Below are positions 32,896-47,291 of a DNA stretch of 64,000 bases, one piece after another (the stretch's first letter is position 1; each line of letters begins with the position of its first letter). The DNA is from Octopus sinensis (Eukaryota). The notes beneath the pieces were generated by a model, which was not told the origin of the DNA, did no database searches, and saw nothing but the letters and a program-made list of their open reading frames with translations. The DNA lies in assembly GCF_006345805.1 (NCBI RefSeq), contig NC_043026.1, forward strand, positions 6,324,001 to 6,388,000. Direction: 5' to 3'. Both the position numbers and the translations under genes were made by a program.

Positions 32896-33699
32896 GAAGA
32901 AACTTTGCCAAGGTGCCATGCAGTGGGATTGAACCCGGAATCATGTGGTTGGGAAGGAAACTTCTTACCACACAGCCACACTTATGCCTGTTTTGTCCAT
33001 AACCAACCACACATCTCACCAACACAAAAAATGCGTCACTTTATGGCACTTGTCTTAGAATAGGCTATTGTTTAGAGCCGAGGCTTTTAGACTGTGCCTC
33101 TTTAAGTGCATCACAAAATCAATTTGAATGTGACTCATTTAACCTGCCCTCTTTCTCCCCCACCCCTTCTCTCTGGCTGGGTAACCACGTACCTCCCCAA
33201 CAGCAAAACACCTGTTTGTCTCACTTTACCCTTTCATCATCTGACACAAGATCCCTTCTTCCAATGGCCCCATCCCCTCTCAAAGGATCTTTATCTTGCC
33301 AGTTACTTGGTGACCCTGTCAGTGCAGGTGCCACTTAAAAAGCACCCAGTCCACACTACAAAGTGGTTGGCATTTGGAAGGACATCCAGCTGTAAAAACC
33401 ATGCCGAAACTGACCTCGCCTGTATTGATGCCACTTAAAAAGCACTCAGCCCACTCTATGATGAACACACACAGACACAAACACGATGGGCTTCTTTCAG
33501 TTTCCGTCTACCAAATCCACTCACATGGCTTTGGTCAGCCTGTGGCTATAGTAGAAGACACTTGCCCAATGTGCCACACAGTGGGACTGAACCTGGAACC
33601 GTGTGGTTGAGAATCAAGCTTCTTACCACACAGCCACTCCTGTTCCCACTGGCTTGCGGACACCACCCCTAGTTCTAGAACACAAATTTCCTGTTTTAA

Positions 33700-33912
33700 C
33701 ATGAATGAACTTAAAACCTTCATCAAAATTCCATGCCAATTCATGTCCCAAACACCAGATTAATAATGACAAAGTCAGTTTAATAATTTCTTCGTTATTT
33801 CCAAAATGAATTGAAACAAAGTTGGAGGATTTCAACACAAATAGGGTAACAAAAGGGTTAAAGTGATCTAAGCTAAAAACCTTCTCTCAAAATTCCAAAC
33901 ACCAGATTAATA
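33700..33912. repeat. About 145-bp dispersed/tandem repeat (family H)
   Basis: CCAAACACCAGATTAATAAT at about 33750 and 33895. Homologs at 21493-21615, 22070-22150 and 34230-34310. Confidence 0.7.
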
Positions 33913-34625
33913 ATTCATCATCATCATCATCATCGTTTAACGTCCGTTCTCCATGCTAGCATGGGTTGGACGGTTCGACCGGGAATCTGGGAAGCCAGAA
34001 GGCTGCACCAGGCTCCAGTCTTATCTGGCAATGTTTCTACAGCTGGATGCCCTTCCTAACGCCAACCACTCCGTGAGTGTAGTGGGTGCTTTTTACGAGC
34101 CACCCGCACAGGTGCCAGACGAGGCTGGCAAACGGCCACAATCGGATGGTGCTTTTTATGTGCCACCGGCACGGGGGCCAGGCAGGGCTGGCAACGGCCA
34201 CGATCGGATGAAACGGCGACGATCGGATGTAACAAAGTTATTTTACTAAACACTTCGTTGTTTTCAAAATTAATTAAAACAAAGGCAGGGGTTTTTTCAA
34301 CAGAAATATGGAAATGTAAGTGTTAAGGACATTGAGGTAACTGGTCCCTAAAGGCCTGCAGGGGTCATTGGCACTGCCCTTTTCTTCCAGGCTCAACAAG
34401 CAAAAATTACAAAAAGAAAAAGGATTAATATATGTTAGAATCAGTAGAGAATTGGACAAAATGATTTGCCAGCACCAGTATGGTTGAGTATTCTGAAGAA
34501 GTCAGCTGTGCTAATACGGGGTCTCTGGTTCAATTCCTCTGCAGGAAACCTTGGAAGGAAAAAATGCCATTTACCAAAACTTTGGAATTAGAATGTGGCA
34601 GGTAGAAACTTTGTGAAAGCCTCCC

Positions 34626-35070
34626 GACAGAGGGATAATTCTTGCCAAAAGAGGGACAATTCTTGCCAAGAGAGGGACAATTCTTGTCGAGAGAGGGACA
34701 ATTCCTGCCGAGAGAGGGACAATTCCTGCCAAGAGAGGGACAATTCCTGCCGAGAGAGGGACAATTCCTGCCGAGAGAGGGACAATTCCTGCCGAGAGAG
34801 GGACAATTCCTGCCAAGAGAGGGACAATTCCTGCCGAGAGAGGGACAATTCCTGCCAAGAGAGGGGCAATTCCTGCCAAGAGAGGGGCAATTCCTGCCAA
34901 GAGAGGGACAATTCCTGCCAGAGAGGGGACAATTCCTGCAAGAGAGGGACAATTCCTGCCGAGAGAGAGGGACAATTCCTGCCAAGAGAGAGGGACAATT
35001 CCTGCCAAGAGAGGGGCAATTCCTGCCAAGAGAGGGACAATTCCTGCCAAGAGAGGGACAATACCTGCTG
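34626..35070. repeat. 21-bp minisatellite, about 21 copies
   Basis: Direct reading. Degenerate units at both edges. Confidence 0.95.
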
Positions 35071-37131
35071 AGAGAGGAACCATTATGGCAGACAGAGCAA
35101 TCATTCCTATTAACAAAGGGACCATTCCTCTTCACAGAGGGACAAGTTCCCCATGGTTACCTTCACTGGATGTTCAATTTTGTTTCATCCCTCAAACATG
35201 AAGGCCTCTTTTATGATCCTGGTGGCCTTCCATACTCTTTATGCCTCAGTGCCATAAGTTACCTACATCTATGATCTGTGCACAGTCTGTGGCATTGTGA
35301 AATGCATTGTTTCCTTTTATATAGCTTAAAGGGCTGTGGAAAGGAGAGTTCAAAGAGAGGGCCCAGACTGGGTTGGCATGACAATCTATAACACTATGTG
35401 ACCAGTCTAGTTTTTATTCCTTTATCCAGGAGTGACCATCCCATATTTTATACAGACAGTGACCATTGATTGGAATCAGAAATTGATTGTTACCAGGGCC
35501 GCTTACCGGCTCCCGTATTAGTGGCATGGCACGTAAAAAGTATCATTTGAGTGTCATCGTTGCCAGCGGTCCTTACCGGCACGTGAAAAACAACATTCGA
35601 GCGTGGTCGTTGCCAGTGCCACTGGACTGGCTCCCATGCAGGTGGCACATAAAAAAACCTTTTGCCAGTACCGCCTGACTGGCCCTCGTGCCGGTGCACA
35701 TAAAAGCATCCACTACACTCTCAAAGTGGTTGGCGTTAGGAAGGGCATCCAGCTATAGAAACTCTGCCAGATCAAGATTGGAGCCTGGTGCAGCCCTCTG
35801 GTTCGCCAGTCCTCAGTCAAACTGTCCAACCCATGCCAGCATGGAAAGCGGATGTTAAACTACTATGATGACAGTTTACCAGGACTACAGTATCTAACGA
35901 GTCCTTCCATTTTCCGTTTCTTTCTAATTCAACCATAGGTCAGCCTCGATCCAGCCAGAAGAGAATCAAAGATGTACTAGCCATACCCATCCTACCCGTT
36001 TGGCAATCTGACCCCGACTCCTCAATCATCTTCCCATGCAAGCTTGCAAACTACCCACCTGGACACTTTACCACATCATTTTCTCTTTTCTCTCCTTTCC
36101 TTTTTCCTCTACAAGAAGTGAGTAGCTACGCAGATCCCTCTGCTAGAATCCACTCTGTCCCACCTCCTTGACCCCTAGCATGAACCTGGCCCTCCACCTA
36201 TGAACTGCACGGTGCCTGCAATAGTTGCAGATGGTATGACAAAAGCACCCAGTACACTCTGTAAAGTGGTTGGCATAAGGAAGGGCATCCAGCCATAAAA
36301 ACCATGCAAAAACACTTCATTCGTACTGGTGCCATGTAAAAAGCACCCAGTACAATTTGTAATGTGGTTGGCATCAGGAAGGGCAACCAGCTGTAAAAAC
36401 CCTGCCAAAACATTGGAGCTTGATGCCATCTTTGGACCCCTATGTCAAACCGCCCAACCCATGCCAGCCAGGGACAGGGACATTGAATGATGATGTCTCT
36501 AGAACTATGTTATTTATTAAGGCCATTGTTGTTGTTTTTTTTCAATTTAACCCCAGGTCAGGCTTGATCCAGTAGATTAATGATCAAAGATGTACCATCC
36601 AACTGCATCAATACATAACACTGTTGTCCCTCCTGGAGGAAAGCAGGCACTGGAGAGAGGGGGAAGGGGAGAGAGGGGGGGGGGTGGGAGGGTCTCCCCT
36701 GGATCCATCTGTAAGTTACTAACAACTAGTTTCCAACACCACTACACACAGTCAGCAACAAGAGATACAAATGAGAAAACTGCAGCCCCACCCCACAGGC
36801 TCAAGCAGCTACAGAGAAACAGAGGGACAGCTATCTCTTTATATCTAGCCATCTGTTTAACGGGGCTATTTATATCATTGTTTCACAACCAGGATGTTTC
36901 CATATGGCCCCCCCCCCCCCCCGCTATTTATATCATTGTTTCACAACCAGGATGTTTCCATATGGCCCCCCCCCCCCTCGCAGGGAGCCAGATAAGACTT
37001 TATCTGTAATAAATTGGTCAAACTTTTACAATACACAAAATGTATCCCAGTAATATTTACTTCTAAAAACAAAGGGATTTTTTAAACATCAAAAAAGAGG
37101 GTTCAAAGACAAAAAAATAGTCACAAAACAC

Positions 37132-37528
37132 TCTTTTACTTGTTTCAGTCATTTGACTGCGGCCATGCTGGAGCACCGCCTTTTAGTCGAGCAAATCGAC
37201 CCCGGGACTTATTCTTTGTAAGCCCACTACTTATTCTATCGGTCTCTTTTGCCGAACCGCTAAGTGACGGGGACGTAAACACACCAGCATCGGTTGTCAA
37301 GTAATGCTAGTGGGACAAACAGACACACAAACACACACACACATATATATATATACATATATACGACAGGTTTCTTTCAGTTTCCGTCTACCAAATCCAC
37401 TCACAAGGCATTGGTCGGCCCAAGGCTATAGCAGAAGACACTTGCCCAAGGTGCCACACAGTGGGACTGAACCCGGAACCATGTGGTTGGTTAGCAAGCT
37501 ACTTACCACACAGCCACTCCTGCGCCTA
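37132..37528 (-). mobile_element. SINE family A, young full-length copy
   Basis: Matches the consensus. Confidence 0.9.
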
Positions 37529-37849
37529 TAACATCCATTTATATCTATCAATCTATCCATCCACCCAGCTGTTTATTCAGCCATCCAGGTACCTATCTAC
37601 TCCTCTATCTGTTTTCACATCTATTTATCCATCCATATCTTTATCTGTAGAGGTCTCTCTTACTAGCCCCGTCGAAAATTATACAACTGTTCCCTTCTGC
37701 AATAAATTGGTCATAACCCTTATGATGCACAATATATTGCTAAAAGATATAATAGGACTTTTGGAACCTCGACTGCCTTGGCGGATCCATCAGCGAAAAA
37801 TAGAAACCAAAGGAAGTCCGCAGGTAAAAAACGATTGAGAAACACTGAA

Positions 37850-38319
37850 ATGCATCCATTTATTTATATCCACCTACCTATCTACCTCCAACTAGATCTA
37901 CCTATCTATTTTCAACTATATCAGTCTACCTACATATCTATCTTCAACTATATCTATCTATCTATCTATCTACCTATCCATCTATCTACCTATCTGTCTA
38001 TTTATCTATCTATCTACCTATCTATCTATCCATCCATCTATCTACCTATCTATCTTTCTATCCATCTATCTACCTATCTATCTTTCTATCCATCTATCTA
38101 TCTTTCTATCCATCTATCCATCCATCTATCTTTCTATCCATCTATCCATCCATCTATCTTTCTATCCATCTATCCATCCATCTATCTTTCTATCCATCTA
38201 TCCATCCATCTATCTTTCTATCCATCTATCCATCCATCTATCTTTCTATCCATCTATCCATCCATCTATCTTTCTATCCATCTATCCATCCATCTATCTT
38301 TCTATCCATCTATCCATCC

Positions 38320-38350
<31 letters not shown>

Positions 38351-38870
38351 CATCTATCTATCTTTCTATCCATCTATCTACCTATCTATCCATCTATCTA
38401 CCTATCTACCCCTTTTACGATCCCTTTTGATCGAAAACCTACGCCACCTTTTTTTTTTCTCCCCCAAAAGAAAAGCTCTACCTTGTAACTTGTCCCATCT
38501 GTGTGCAGCCCTGTGTGGCCAATAAAGAAACTTATCTACCTATCTACCCATCTATTCATCCATCTACCTATCTATCCACCTATGTATCTATCTACCTACC
38601 TATCTATCTACCTATCTATCCATCCATCTATCTATCTACCTACCTATCTATCTCCATCTATCTCTAACTATATCTCTAACTATATCTATCTATCTCACTA
38701 GCTAGCTATCCACCTACCCATCTATCTGTCTGCCTGTCTATCTATCTATAGCTATATCTGTCTGTCTGTTTGTCTACATCCATCCATCCATCCAGCTGTT
38801 TACTCATTCATTCAAGTATATTCATCCATCCAGCCCCCTGTTAATGCATTTATTTATCCATCCATCTCTA
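37850..38870. repeat. Complex (ATCT/ATCC/ACCT)n satellite with an internal 28-bp higher-order unit
   Basis: CTATCTTTCTATCCATCTATCCATCCAT repeated about 7 times at 38097-38300. Confidence 0.9.
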
Positions 38871-39319
38871 TCTTTCTCTCTCTCTCTTACTAGTCCCCCA
38901 AAAATATACAACTACCCCTTCGATTCTAAGGGATTCTAACCCTCAAAAAACCAAAGCAATCCGATATACTGAGACAGAAAGAGAAAGAGAGAGAGAGAGA
39001 GAAAAATTAACAAAGACAGGGTTTTTTTTTTCTTCTCTCCCTTAGATATCTGTCTGTGTGTCACACAAACAAACAGGCTTCCCTCTGCCCCTATCCCTCA
39101 GAGCTAGCAACAAGAGATACAAGGGCAAACTAATGAATGAATCAATCAATGGAGGCAGGCGGTGAAAGGAGGGCTGGGGGTGGGGCTGGGGGTGGGGCTG
39201 GAGCGAGTGAGTCATTTTTTTTTTCTTTTTCTTTTTCAATGCATTACAAGCTTGAGTGAAGGCTGAGTGGAGTGGAGTGGAGTGGAGTGGAAGCTGAGTG
39301 GAGTGGAGTGGAATCATTC

Positions 39320-39735
39320 TTTTACTCCTTTCAGTTCGACTGCAGCCATGCTGATGAAGCACTGCCTTTAGCCGAACACATCCACATCGACCCCAGGACT
39401 TACTCTTTGCAAGCCTGGTACGTATTCTCTCGGTCTCTTTTTGCCGAACCGCTAAGTCACAGGGATGCATTGGTTGTCAAGCGATGGTGTGGAGACAAAC
39501 ACAGACACACAAACATATATACTCTTTTACTTGTTTCAGTCATTTTGACTGCGGCCATGCTGGAGCACCGCCTTTAATCGAGCAAATCGACCCCGGGACT
39601 TATTCTTTTTGTAAGCCCAGTACTTATTCTATCGGTCTCTTTTGCCGAACCGCTAAGTGACGGGGACGTAAACACACCAGCATCAGTTGTCAAGCAATGC
39701 CAGGGGGACAAACACAGACACACAAACATACACAC

Positions 39736-39777
<42 letters not shown>

Positions 39778-39930
39778 GACAGGCTTCTTTCAGTTTCCGT
39801 CTACCAAATCCACTCACAAGGCATTGGTCGGCCCGGGGCGGGCTATAGCAGAAGACACTTGCCCAAGATGCACACAGTGGGGACTGACCCGGCACCATGT
39901 GGTTGGTTAGCACACAGCCACTCCTGCGCC
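39320..39930 (-). mobile_element. Two adjacent SINE family A copies (old partial plus young full-length)
   Basis: The consensus 3' half appears twice. Confidence 0.85.
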
Positions 39931-39934
39931 TATA

Positions 39935-40474
39935 TATATTATAATAGATAGATAGATATATATTATATATATATATATATAGATAGATAGATATATATAT
40001 ATATATATATATATATAGATAGATAGATATATATATATATATATATATATAGATAGATAGATATATATATAGTATATATATATATATAGATAATATATAT
40101 ATATATATATATATATATAGATATATATATATATATATATATAGATATATATATAATATATAATATATATAATATATAGATATATATATAATATAGATAT
40201 TATATATATAATATATATATAGATAGATATATATATATATATATACTATATATATAGATATATATATATATAATATATAGATAATAATATATATAATATA
40301 TATAATATAGATAGATTATAATATATATAATATATATATAGAATAGATATATATATTATATATATATATATATAGATAGATATATATATATATATATATT
40401 AGATAGATAATATATATATATATATTATAAGATAGATATATTATATATAATATATATATATATATAGATAGATG

Positions 40475-40505
<31 letters not shown>

Positions 40506-40586
40506 GATAGATATATATATATATATATATAATAGATATATATTATATATATATATAGATAGATAGATAGATATATATATATATAT

Positions 40587-40620
<34 letters not shown>

Positions 40621-40776
40621 GATAGATATATAATATATATATAGATAGATATATATATATATATATATAGATAGATATATATATATATATATATCTATCT
40701 ATATATAGATAGATATATATATATATCTATATATATATATATATATATAATAGATATATATAATATATATATAGAT

Positions 40777-40819
<43 letters not shown>

Positions 40820-40971
40820 TAATATATATATATATATATATATATAGATAGATAGATATATATATATATATATATATATATAGATAGATATATAATATAT
40901 ATATATATATATTGATAGATATATTATATATATTATATAGATATATATAGATAGATAGATAATATATATAT

Positions 40972-41004
<33 letters not shown>

Positions 41005-41027
41005 TATATTATATATATTATATATAG

Positions 41028-41075
<48 letters not shown>
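39935..41075. repeat. About 1.1-kb (TA)n/(TAGA)n tract
   Basis: Direct reading. Confidence 0.97.
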
Positions 41076-41078
<3 letters not shown>

Positions 41079-41667
41079 CATATATATCCAGTGCCATAGT
41101 CAGAATGTTACAACCCACCAGGTCAATCCTCACCCTGATCCATTATACTTCGAATTGAAGACATTCCATCTGCGACCACCCCAAAGTTTATTTAATTTTT
41201 CAGTCATTAGCAGTATGGTAACAATGATGATAACAGTGTTGGTGGTCGTGCGAGAGGGGGGTGGCGGTTGGCTGCTTAACCTCAGGCCAATCCTCATCGA
41301 GTAGACCTCAAAATCAACAACAATTCCATCCATGACCACTACCCTGAGAATTTCTTTTTTCAGGCATTACCTATCTTAATGTCACATTATCAAATGCGGC
41401 AGTGATTAGATGTGGCAATGGTGGTGCTGGTGGTCGCAGTGATGGCCTCATTGAGGCTACAAGAGATTGTTCTTGGTTCAATCCCACCTTGGACAAGTGT
41501 CTTTTACTATAGCCCTGGGCCAACCAAAAACTTATGAATGGATTCAGTAGACGGAAGCTGAAAGAAGCCGACTAGGTGTCTGTGTTGGTCTCCAACTACC
41601 GCTTGACAACTGGTGTAGGTTTGTTTACATCCCCTTAACTTAGCAGACCATACATATATACAGAGAT

Positions 41668-42310
41668 TAAGACATTAGGGTGTGACTTGAGGGAGATTTG
41701 GCTACTATTTCTACCAGGTCTAGCTGCCATGCAGAGGTCTCCTTCATTGGCTCATACATACATATATACATAGATAAGACAGCAGGGTGTGATTTGAGGA
41801 AGATTTGGCTGCTATTTCTACCAGGTCTAGCTACCATGTAGAGGTCTCCCTCATTGGCTCATACATACATATATACATACATACATAAGACAGTAGGGTG
41901 TGATTTGAGGGAGATTTGGCTGCTATTTCTACCAGGTCTAGCTACCATGTAGAGGTCTCCCTCATTGGCTCATACATACATATATACATACATACATAAG
42001 ACAGTAGGGTGTGATTTGAGGGAGATTTGGCTGCTATTTCAACCAGGTCTAGCTGGCATGCAGAGGTCTCCCTCATTGGCTCATACATACATATATACAT
42101 ACATACATAAGACAGTAGGGTGTGATTTGAGGGAGATTTGGCTGCTTTTTCAACCAGGTCTAGCTGGCATGCAGAGGTCTCCCTCATTGGCTCATAAATG
42201 CATATACATACATATATATATATACAGTTAACAGCAGGGATTGAATCAATAGGAAATTTGGCTGCTATTTCTTCCCGGTTCGGCTACCATGTAGAGGCTT
42301 CCCCTCATTG
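41668..42310. repeat. 111-bp minisatellite, about 6 copies
   Basis: GAGATTTGGCT at about 41693, 41800, 41911, 42022, 42133 and 42253. 37-aa periodicity in the ORF track. Confidence 0.92.
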
Positions 42311-42469
42311 CCTCCTGTTGGTGGTGGTGGTGGTGGTATCAGATGAAATGCAGTGATATCAAATTGTTCTGGTGACACACAGACAGAAGGCGAGGTGGGG
42401 GTCGTGGAGGTTCCCTTTCCTTCTCCCCTGCTTGACTGACATTCATGTTACTTTACAGACTCCCTTAGA

Positions 42470-42850
42470 AAACAATAGCAGTGGTGGTGGTGGTGGTGGT
42501 GGTGGTAGCAGTAGTGGCAGCAGCAGCAGCAGCAGTCTTAGTAGCTGTAGCAGAAGCAATAGAAATGGTAGTAGTAGTAGTAGCAGCAGCAGCAGTGGAA
42601 GTCACAGCAGTAGCAGTAGTAACTGCAGTTTTAGTAGTAGTAGTAGTAGTATCAGCAGCAGTAGTAAGAGTAGTAAATATTGTATTCATGGTGGTGGTGG
42701 TAGTAGTGGGGGGCGGTAGCTGCGGTCGTGGTTGTAGTAATAGTAGTAGTGGTGGTGGTGGCGATAGTAGAGGTGGTGGTAGTAGTAGTAGTGGTGGCGG
42801 CGGTAGTAGTAGTGGCTAGTAGTGGTGGTGGTGGTGGTGGCAGTAGTTGA
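42470..42850. repeat. Compound trinucleotide tract (GGT/AGT/AGC)n
   Basis: Direct reading. Confidence 0.9.
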
Positions 42851-43269
42851 GGATGGTTGCTGCATAAAGCCCCACCTCTTCCAATCCAACCAGTTCTGTC
42901 CAAGTGGGTCCCACGACCCTCAAGGCCAACAAATGCAACAATAGCAGTAGTAGTCGAGGCTGCAGTAGCCCTGACCCTCAAGGCCAACAACCAACAGAGG
43001 ACACCATGCCCCCACTGTACCACGTCACTCATCAGTCCCCATCCCTGCTTACTTGACCATGACACAACACACTATGAACAGGCTGGACGCCCTTCCCCAA
43101 CACCACCAATGTCCAGATTCCCTGCTGTTGGCTCCACAGCTGGAGCTAGATGGACAAGGTGGACTTAGCCAGAGCATAACAGTTGCTAGTCTTGACCATT
43201 TGTTGTTGGTGGTGGTGATGGTGATGCAAATATGGCTGTTCTGGGTAAGGAAGTTTGTTTTGGTGTTGG

Positions 43270-44148
43270 CCCCTTAGGCAAGTATTTTGAGAAAGAGGAT
43301 CACAAAAGTACAGATCTTAAAATTATTGCAGAGCTTAATGACCACTTTGAGAACCCAGTTTCCACAAAAACTGTTTGCCAGGAGCTGCACAAAGTCAGAT
43401 TTCACGGGAGGGCTGCAATCAGAAAAACCACTACTTTCAAAACCAAACATTGCAAAGTGTTTAGAGTGGAGTAAAAACCACAGAACGGGTCCCTAGAGCA
43501 GTGGGACGGGTCATCCTTTACCATATTTCTGACCACCGGCCGAGTATACGTGTGGAGACAGCCAAAGGAAGCATTTGACCCAGACTGCCTTCTTCCAGCT
43601 GTTAAAAAATGACGGAAATCTGTGATGATCTGGTGCTAGTGGAGGGCTATATCTTGGAAATCCACCGGTCCAATGGTTTCCCTTCATGGCAGAATTAACA
43701 GTCAAGACTATTTAAGCATTTTATCTGATCAAATTCATCCTATGGTTGCAGAACTGTTTCCAGAGTGAGAAACACAATCTTTCAGGATGATAATGCACCA
43801 ACTCACACAGCTAAAGTTGTTACTGTACTGAATGGCAACAAGAACATTCTAGTGAAGTTGAACATCTTATCTGGCACCACAGTCCCCAGATCTCAATATA
43901 TTGAAACATTTAATGGTGCATTTTAGAAAAACAAGGAGTCGATATCCTCCCCCATCATCACTACAAGAACTGGAGACTGTTTTAGCTGAAGAATGGACAA
44001 AAATTCCTTTGGAAACAATTCAAACTTTGTACGAGTTGATACCTCATAGAATTCAAGCTGTAATTACTGCCAAAGGCAGTCCTACACCATATTAACAATA
44101 AATTTCTTTGAAATTTTAAGGGGTTTCTATCATTTTGTCCAACCACTG
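43270..44148 (+). mobile_element. Tc1/mariner transposon relic, 5'-truncated, frameshifted transposase
   Basis: Fragments GRVYVWR.PKEAFDPDCL.P.VK, FQDDNAP.HTAK, SPDLNIIE, LQELETVLAEEW.KIP..TIQ.LYE.IP.RIQAVI.AKG.PTPY*. 3' TIR ends ...GTCCAACCACTG|TA. Confidence 0.9.
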
Positions 44149-45379
44149 TATATGAGTGTGTGTATGTGAATATATATATATATATATATATCCGGGTTCA
44201 GTCCCACTACGTGACATCTTGGGCAAGTGTCTTCTACTATAGCCTCAGGCCAACCAAAGCCATCAGAGTGGATTTGGTAGACAGAAACTGAAAGAAGCCT
44301 GTCGTGTGTGTGCGTATGTGTATGTGTGTGTATGTATGTGTCTGTGTTTGTCCCCCCACCATCACTTGACAACCAAAGTTGGTGTGTTTACATCCCTGTA
44401 ACTTAGCGGTTCGGCAAAAGAGTTCGACAGAATAAGTACTAGACTTACAAAGAATAAGTCCTGGAATCGATTTGTTCGACCTAAAAGTGGTGCTCCAGCA
44501 TGGCCACAGTCAAATGACTGAAACAAGTAAAACAATACACACACACACACACACACATGTATCTATACCTACAGACATACACTTTATATATATACACAAA
44601 CATACATGTATGTATACATAGACATACACTTCTGTATATACACTCACACATACACTTGTATGTTGTCGGCACTGTAATATCCTTGTGGCTGTATCCCTGC
44701 ATCTGATCTTAGATTCATCTATTGTGCTATCGCTGACAGCTCCGCAGGACAAGGACTTTGAAATGTCTACCTTGATGGTACCTTGAACACGTATATATCA
44801 TGTAACTGATACCGACAGCAACTTAGAACTCATACAATGACTACTACTACTGACCTCCTACAGTGACTTTATAGTGGCTGGGTCATACCACTTTGTCACA
44901 TGAGAAAGGGAGTACCATTTTCACTTCAACATACACACACACACACACACACAATCATTTATATGACACTACAGTTGTTGGTTCTGTTGATTTCTCTAGT
45001 CATATTTTACATGATAGAGAAGAGAGAAATACTGTAAGATATACGAGTGCACATACTAAGCTTGGTGGCAGGCAATGAGTAAAAGGAAGCTACAAACATG
45101 GACAGAGAGAGAGAATGAACCACAGAGACAAGAGGAAGGAAAAGACGTGTAATAAACTGAAAGTGTCTATGCATGTCATTGAGCAGGGGTGGTGGTAGTA
45201 GGTAAGGAGAGGTGGGCATGGATTTAGCAGGTGCTACTTAGTATTGTTGTTGTTGTAGTGAAAGAGCCATGGTTGGTGGAGGAGTGGTTGAAGTGCTGGG
45301 TGGGGGGGGGCAGAGAATAGCAGCAGAATGTAAAATATGAAGCCATCTGTATAGGAAGTAGTATGGGTTCGTGTGTGAA

Positions 45380-45815
45380 ATAGCCGTGTGTGAGATAGTT
45401 GTATGTATGTGAGACAGAGAGAGAGAGATAATTGTGTGTGTGTGGTGTGTGTGTGAGATGGTTGTTGTGTGTGTGAAATGGTTGCTGTGTGTGTGTGTAT
45501 GATGATTGCTGTAGGTGCGTGTGTGTGTGTGTGAGATAGTTACTGTGTGTGTGTGTGTAATAGCTGCTGTGTGTGTGCATGTGTGAGAGAGAGATAGTTG
45601 CTGTGTGTGTGTGTGTGTGTGTGAAATAGCTGTTGTGTGTATGTGTGTGAGATAGTTGCTGTGTGTGTGTGTAATAGCTGCTGTGTGTGTGCATGTGTGA
45701 GAGAGAGATAGTTGCTGTGTGTGTGTGAAATAGCTGTTGTGTGTATGTGTGTGAGATAGTTGCTGTGTGTGTGTGTGAGTGAGAGAGTTGTGTGTGTGTG
45801 TTGTGTGTGTGTTTG

Positions 45816-45867
<52 letters not shown>

Positions 45868-46110
45868 AAAGAGAGAAAGAGAGAGAGGAAGAGGGAGATT
45901 GTGTGCATGTCTGAAATAGTTGCTCTATGTGAGAGAGCCATGTGTGTGTGTGTGTGTGTGATGGTTGCTGTGTGTGAGTGAGTGTGAGAGGGAGAGAGAG
46001 AGAGAGTTGTAGTGTGCATAGTAGTAGTAGTAATTTTGAGTCTGCATGTATAGTAACTGTGTAGTGTGCAGTGTGTGTGCATGAGGCAGCTGTTCTGTGC
46101 ATGTGTGTGC
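45380..46110. repeat. (GT)n-based compound repeat with GAGATAGTTGCTG units
   Basis: Direct reading. Confidence 0.85.
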
Positions 46111-46523
46111 AGTGGTAGTAGGCTTACTACTACTGTACCACTAAAGTTGTGCATATGCAGTCATTAATAACCACACATGTACGTAGCAGCACCTGTCTTT
46201 CAGTGTAGTAGTAGTAGCAGCAGCAGCAGCGGCAGACCTATATGTCTATGTGGAAATAGTAGCATTTATAGCACACACAGAAAGAGGAGGAGGAATAATG
46301 ATAGAGGTGGAAGGAAGGGGAGTAGTAGTCGTAGTAGTAGTAGTAGTAGTAGTAGCAGCTATAGCAGGGCCTGATTAAGACCCATAGAGACCCTAACCAC
46401 TTAAAAGATTTCAGTGCCCCCCATATATCTGTAATTCAAAATCTAAACAATAATAAACCATTAAATAACTAACATTAACATGAAAAATAATGTTTATTTT
46501 TCTTTACTGCCATTTTATTTTCT

Positions 46524-46900
46524 ACTAGCAGTATCGCCCGGCATTGCTCGGGTTTGTTTCGACCCTTTAGAATTGGAATTCTTGAAAAGTAAAAATTCTG
46601 CATTATGTAGCTTGTTATTCTCTTTAAGTGAACATTTTTCTGGTTGAAATACACCGGAAAATGGCGACACAGCAGTAAAAAAATCGTAAAAAAATAGGGA
46701 ATTTCAGAGAAAAGAAGCACGTTTTTGATGTAAATAATTTTTGGTGTTAACATGGTCAGATTTGAATTTTTTCTTCTACGGAAGGAAGAGCAAGCTTTCT
46801 TCTATCATACTCTCAATTTTGGTCAACTTGCACCGCAGGGTCTCGGAGGAGATAGTGTTAGTTGAAGGCTACCAAACCTGCCACACACAGACAACTTCGT
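46524..46900 (+). mobile_element. Helitron-like non-autonomous element
   Basis: 5' ACTAGCAGTATCGCCCGGCATTGCTCGGG subterminal hairpin start and 3' CACACACAGACAACTTCG, the architecture of DINE/HINE-type elements. Confidence 0.6.
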
Positions 46901-47160
46901 GAAATTAACATGCAAGTGGTTGAGCACTCCACAGACACGTGTACCCTTAACTTAGTCCTCAGGGAGATTCAGCGTGACACAGAGTGTGACAAGGCTGGCC
47001 CCTTTGAAATACAGGCACAACTCATTTTTGCCAGCTGAGTAGACTGGAGCAACGTGAAATAAAGTGTCTTGCTCAAGGAGACAACACATCGCTAGGAATT
47101 GAACTCACGACCTTACAATCGTGAGCCGAATGCCCTAACCATTAAGCCACGTGCCTTCAC
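46901..47160 (-). mobile_element. SINE family D fragment
   Basis: Reverse complement of the head and CORE-like part of 11807-12148. Confidence 0.75.
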
Positions 47161-47291
47161 ATACATATATACACACATATACAAACATACATACATATGT
47201 GTGTGTGTGTGTATATGTATGTATATATATATATATATAATATATATATATATTATATATATATCGATATATATATATAGTACTTCCAAAG

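Noticed and set aside
34430-34560. Minus-strand reading containing HTGAGKS (P-loop-like)
   Set aside because: A stop follows within 7 codons, there is no preceding hydrophobic strand and no donor. Likely chance.
43050-43150. Apparent minus-strand exon with gtaag donor
   Set aside because: It overlaps a degenerate family C core (GGGAAGGGCGTCCAGCCTGT), so it is repeat-derived.
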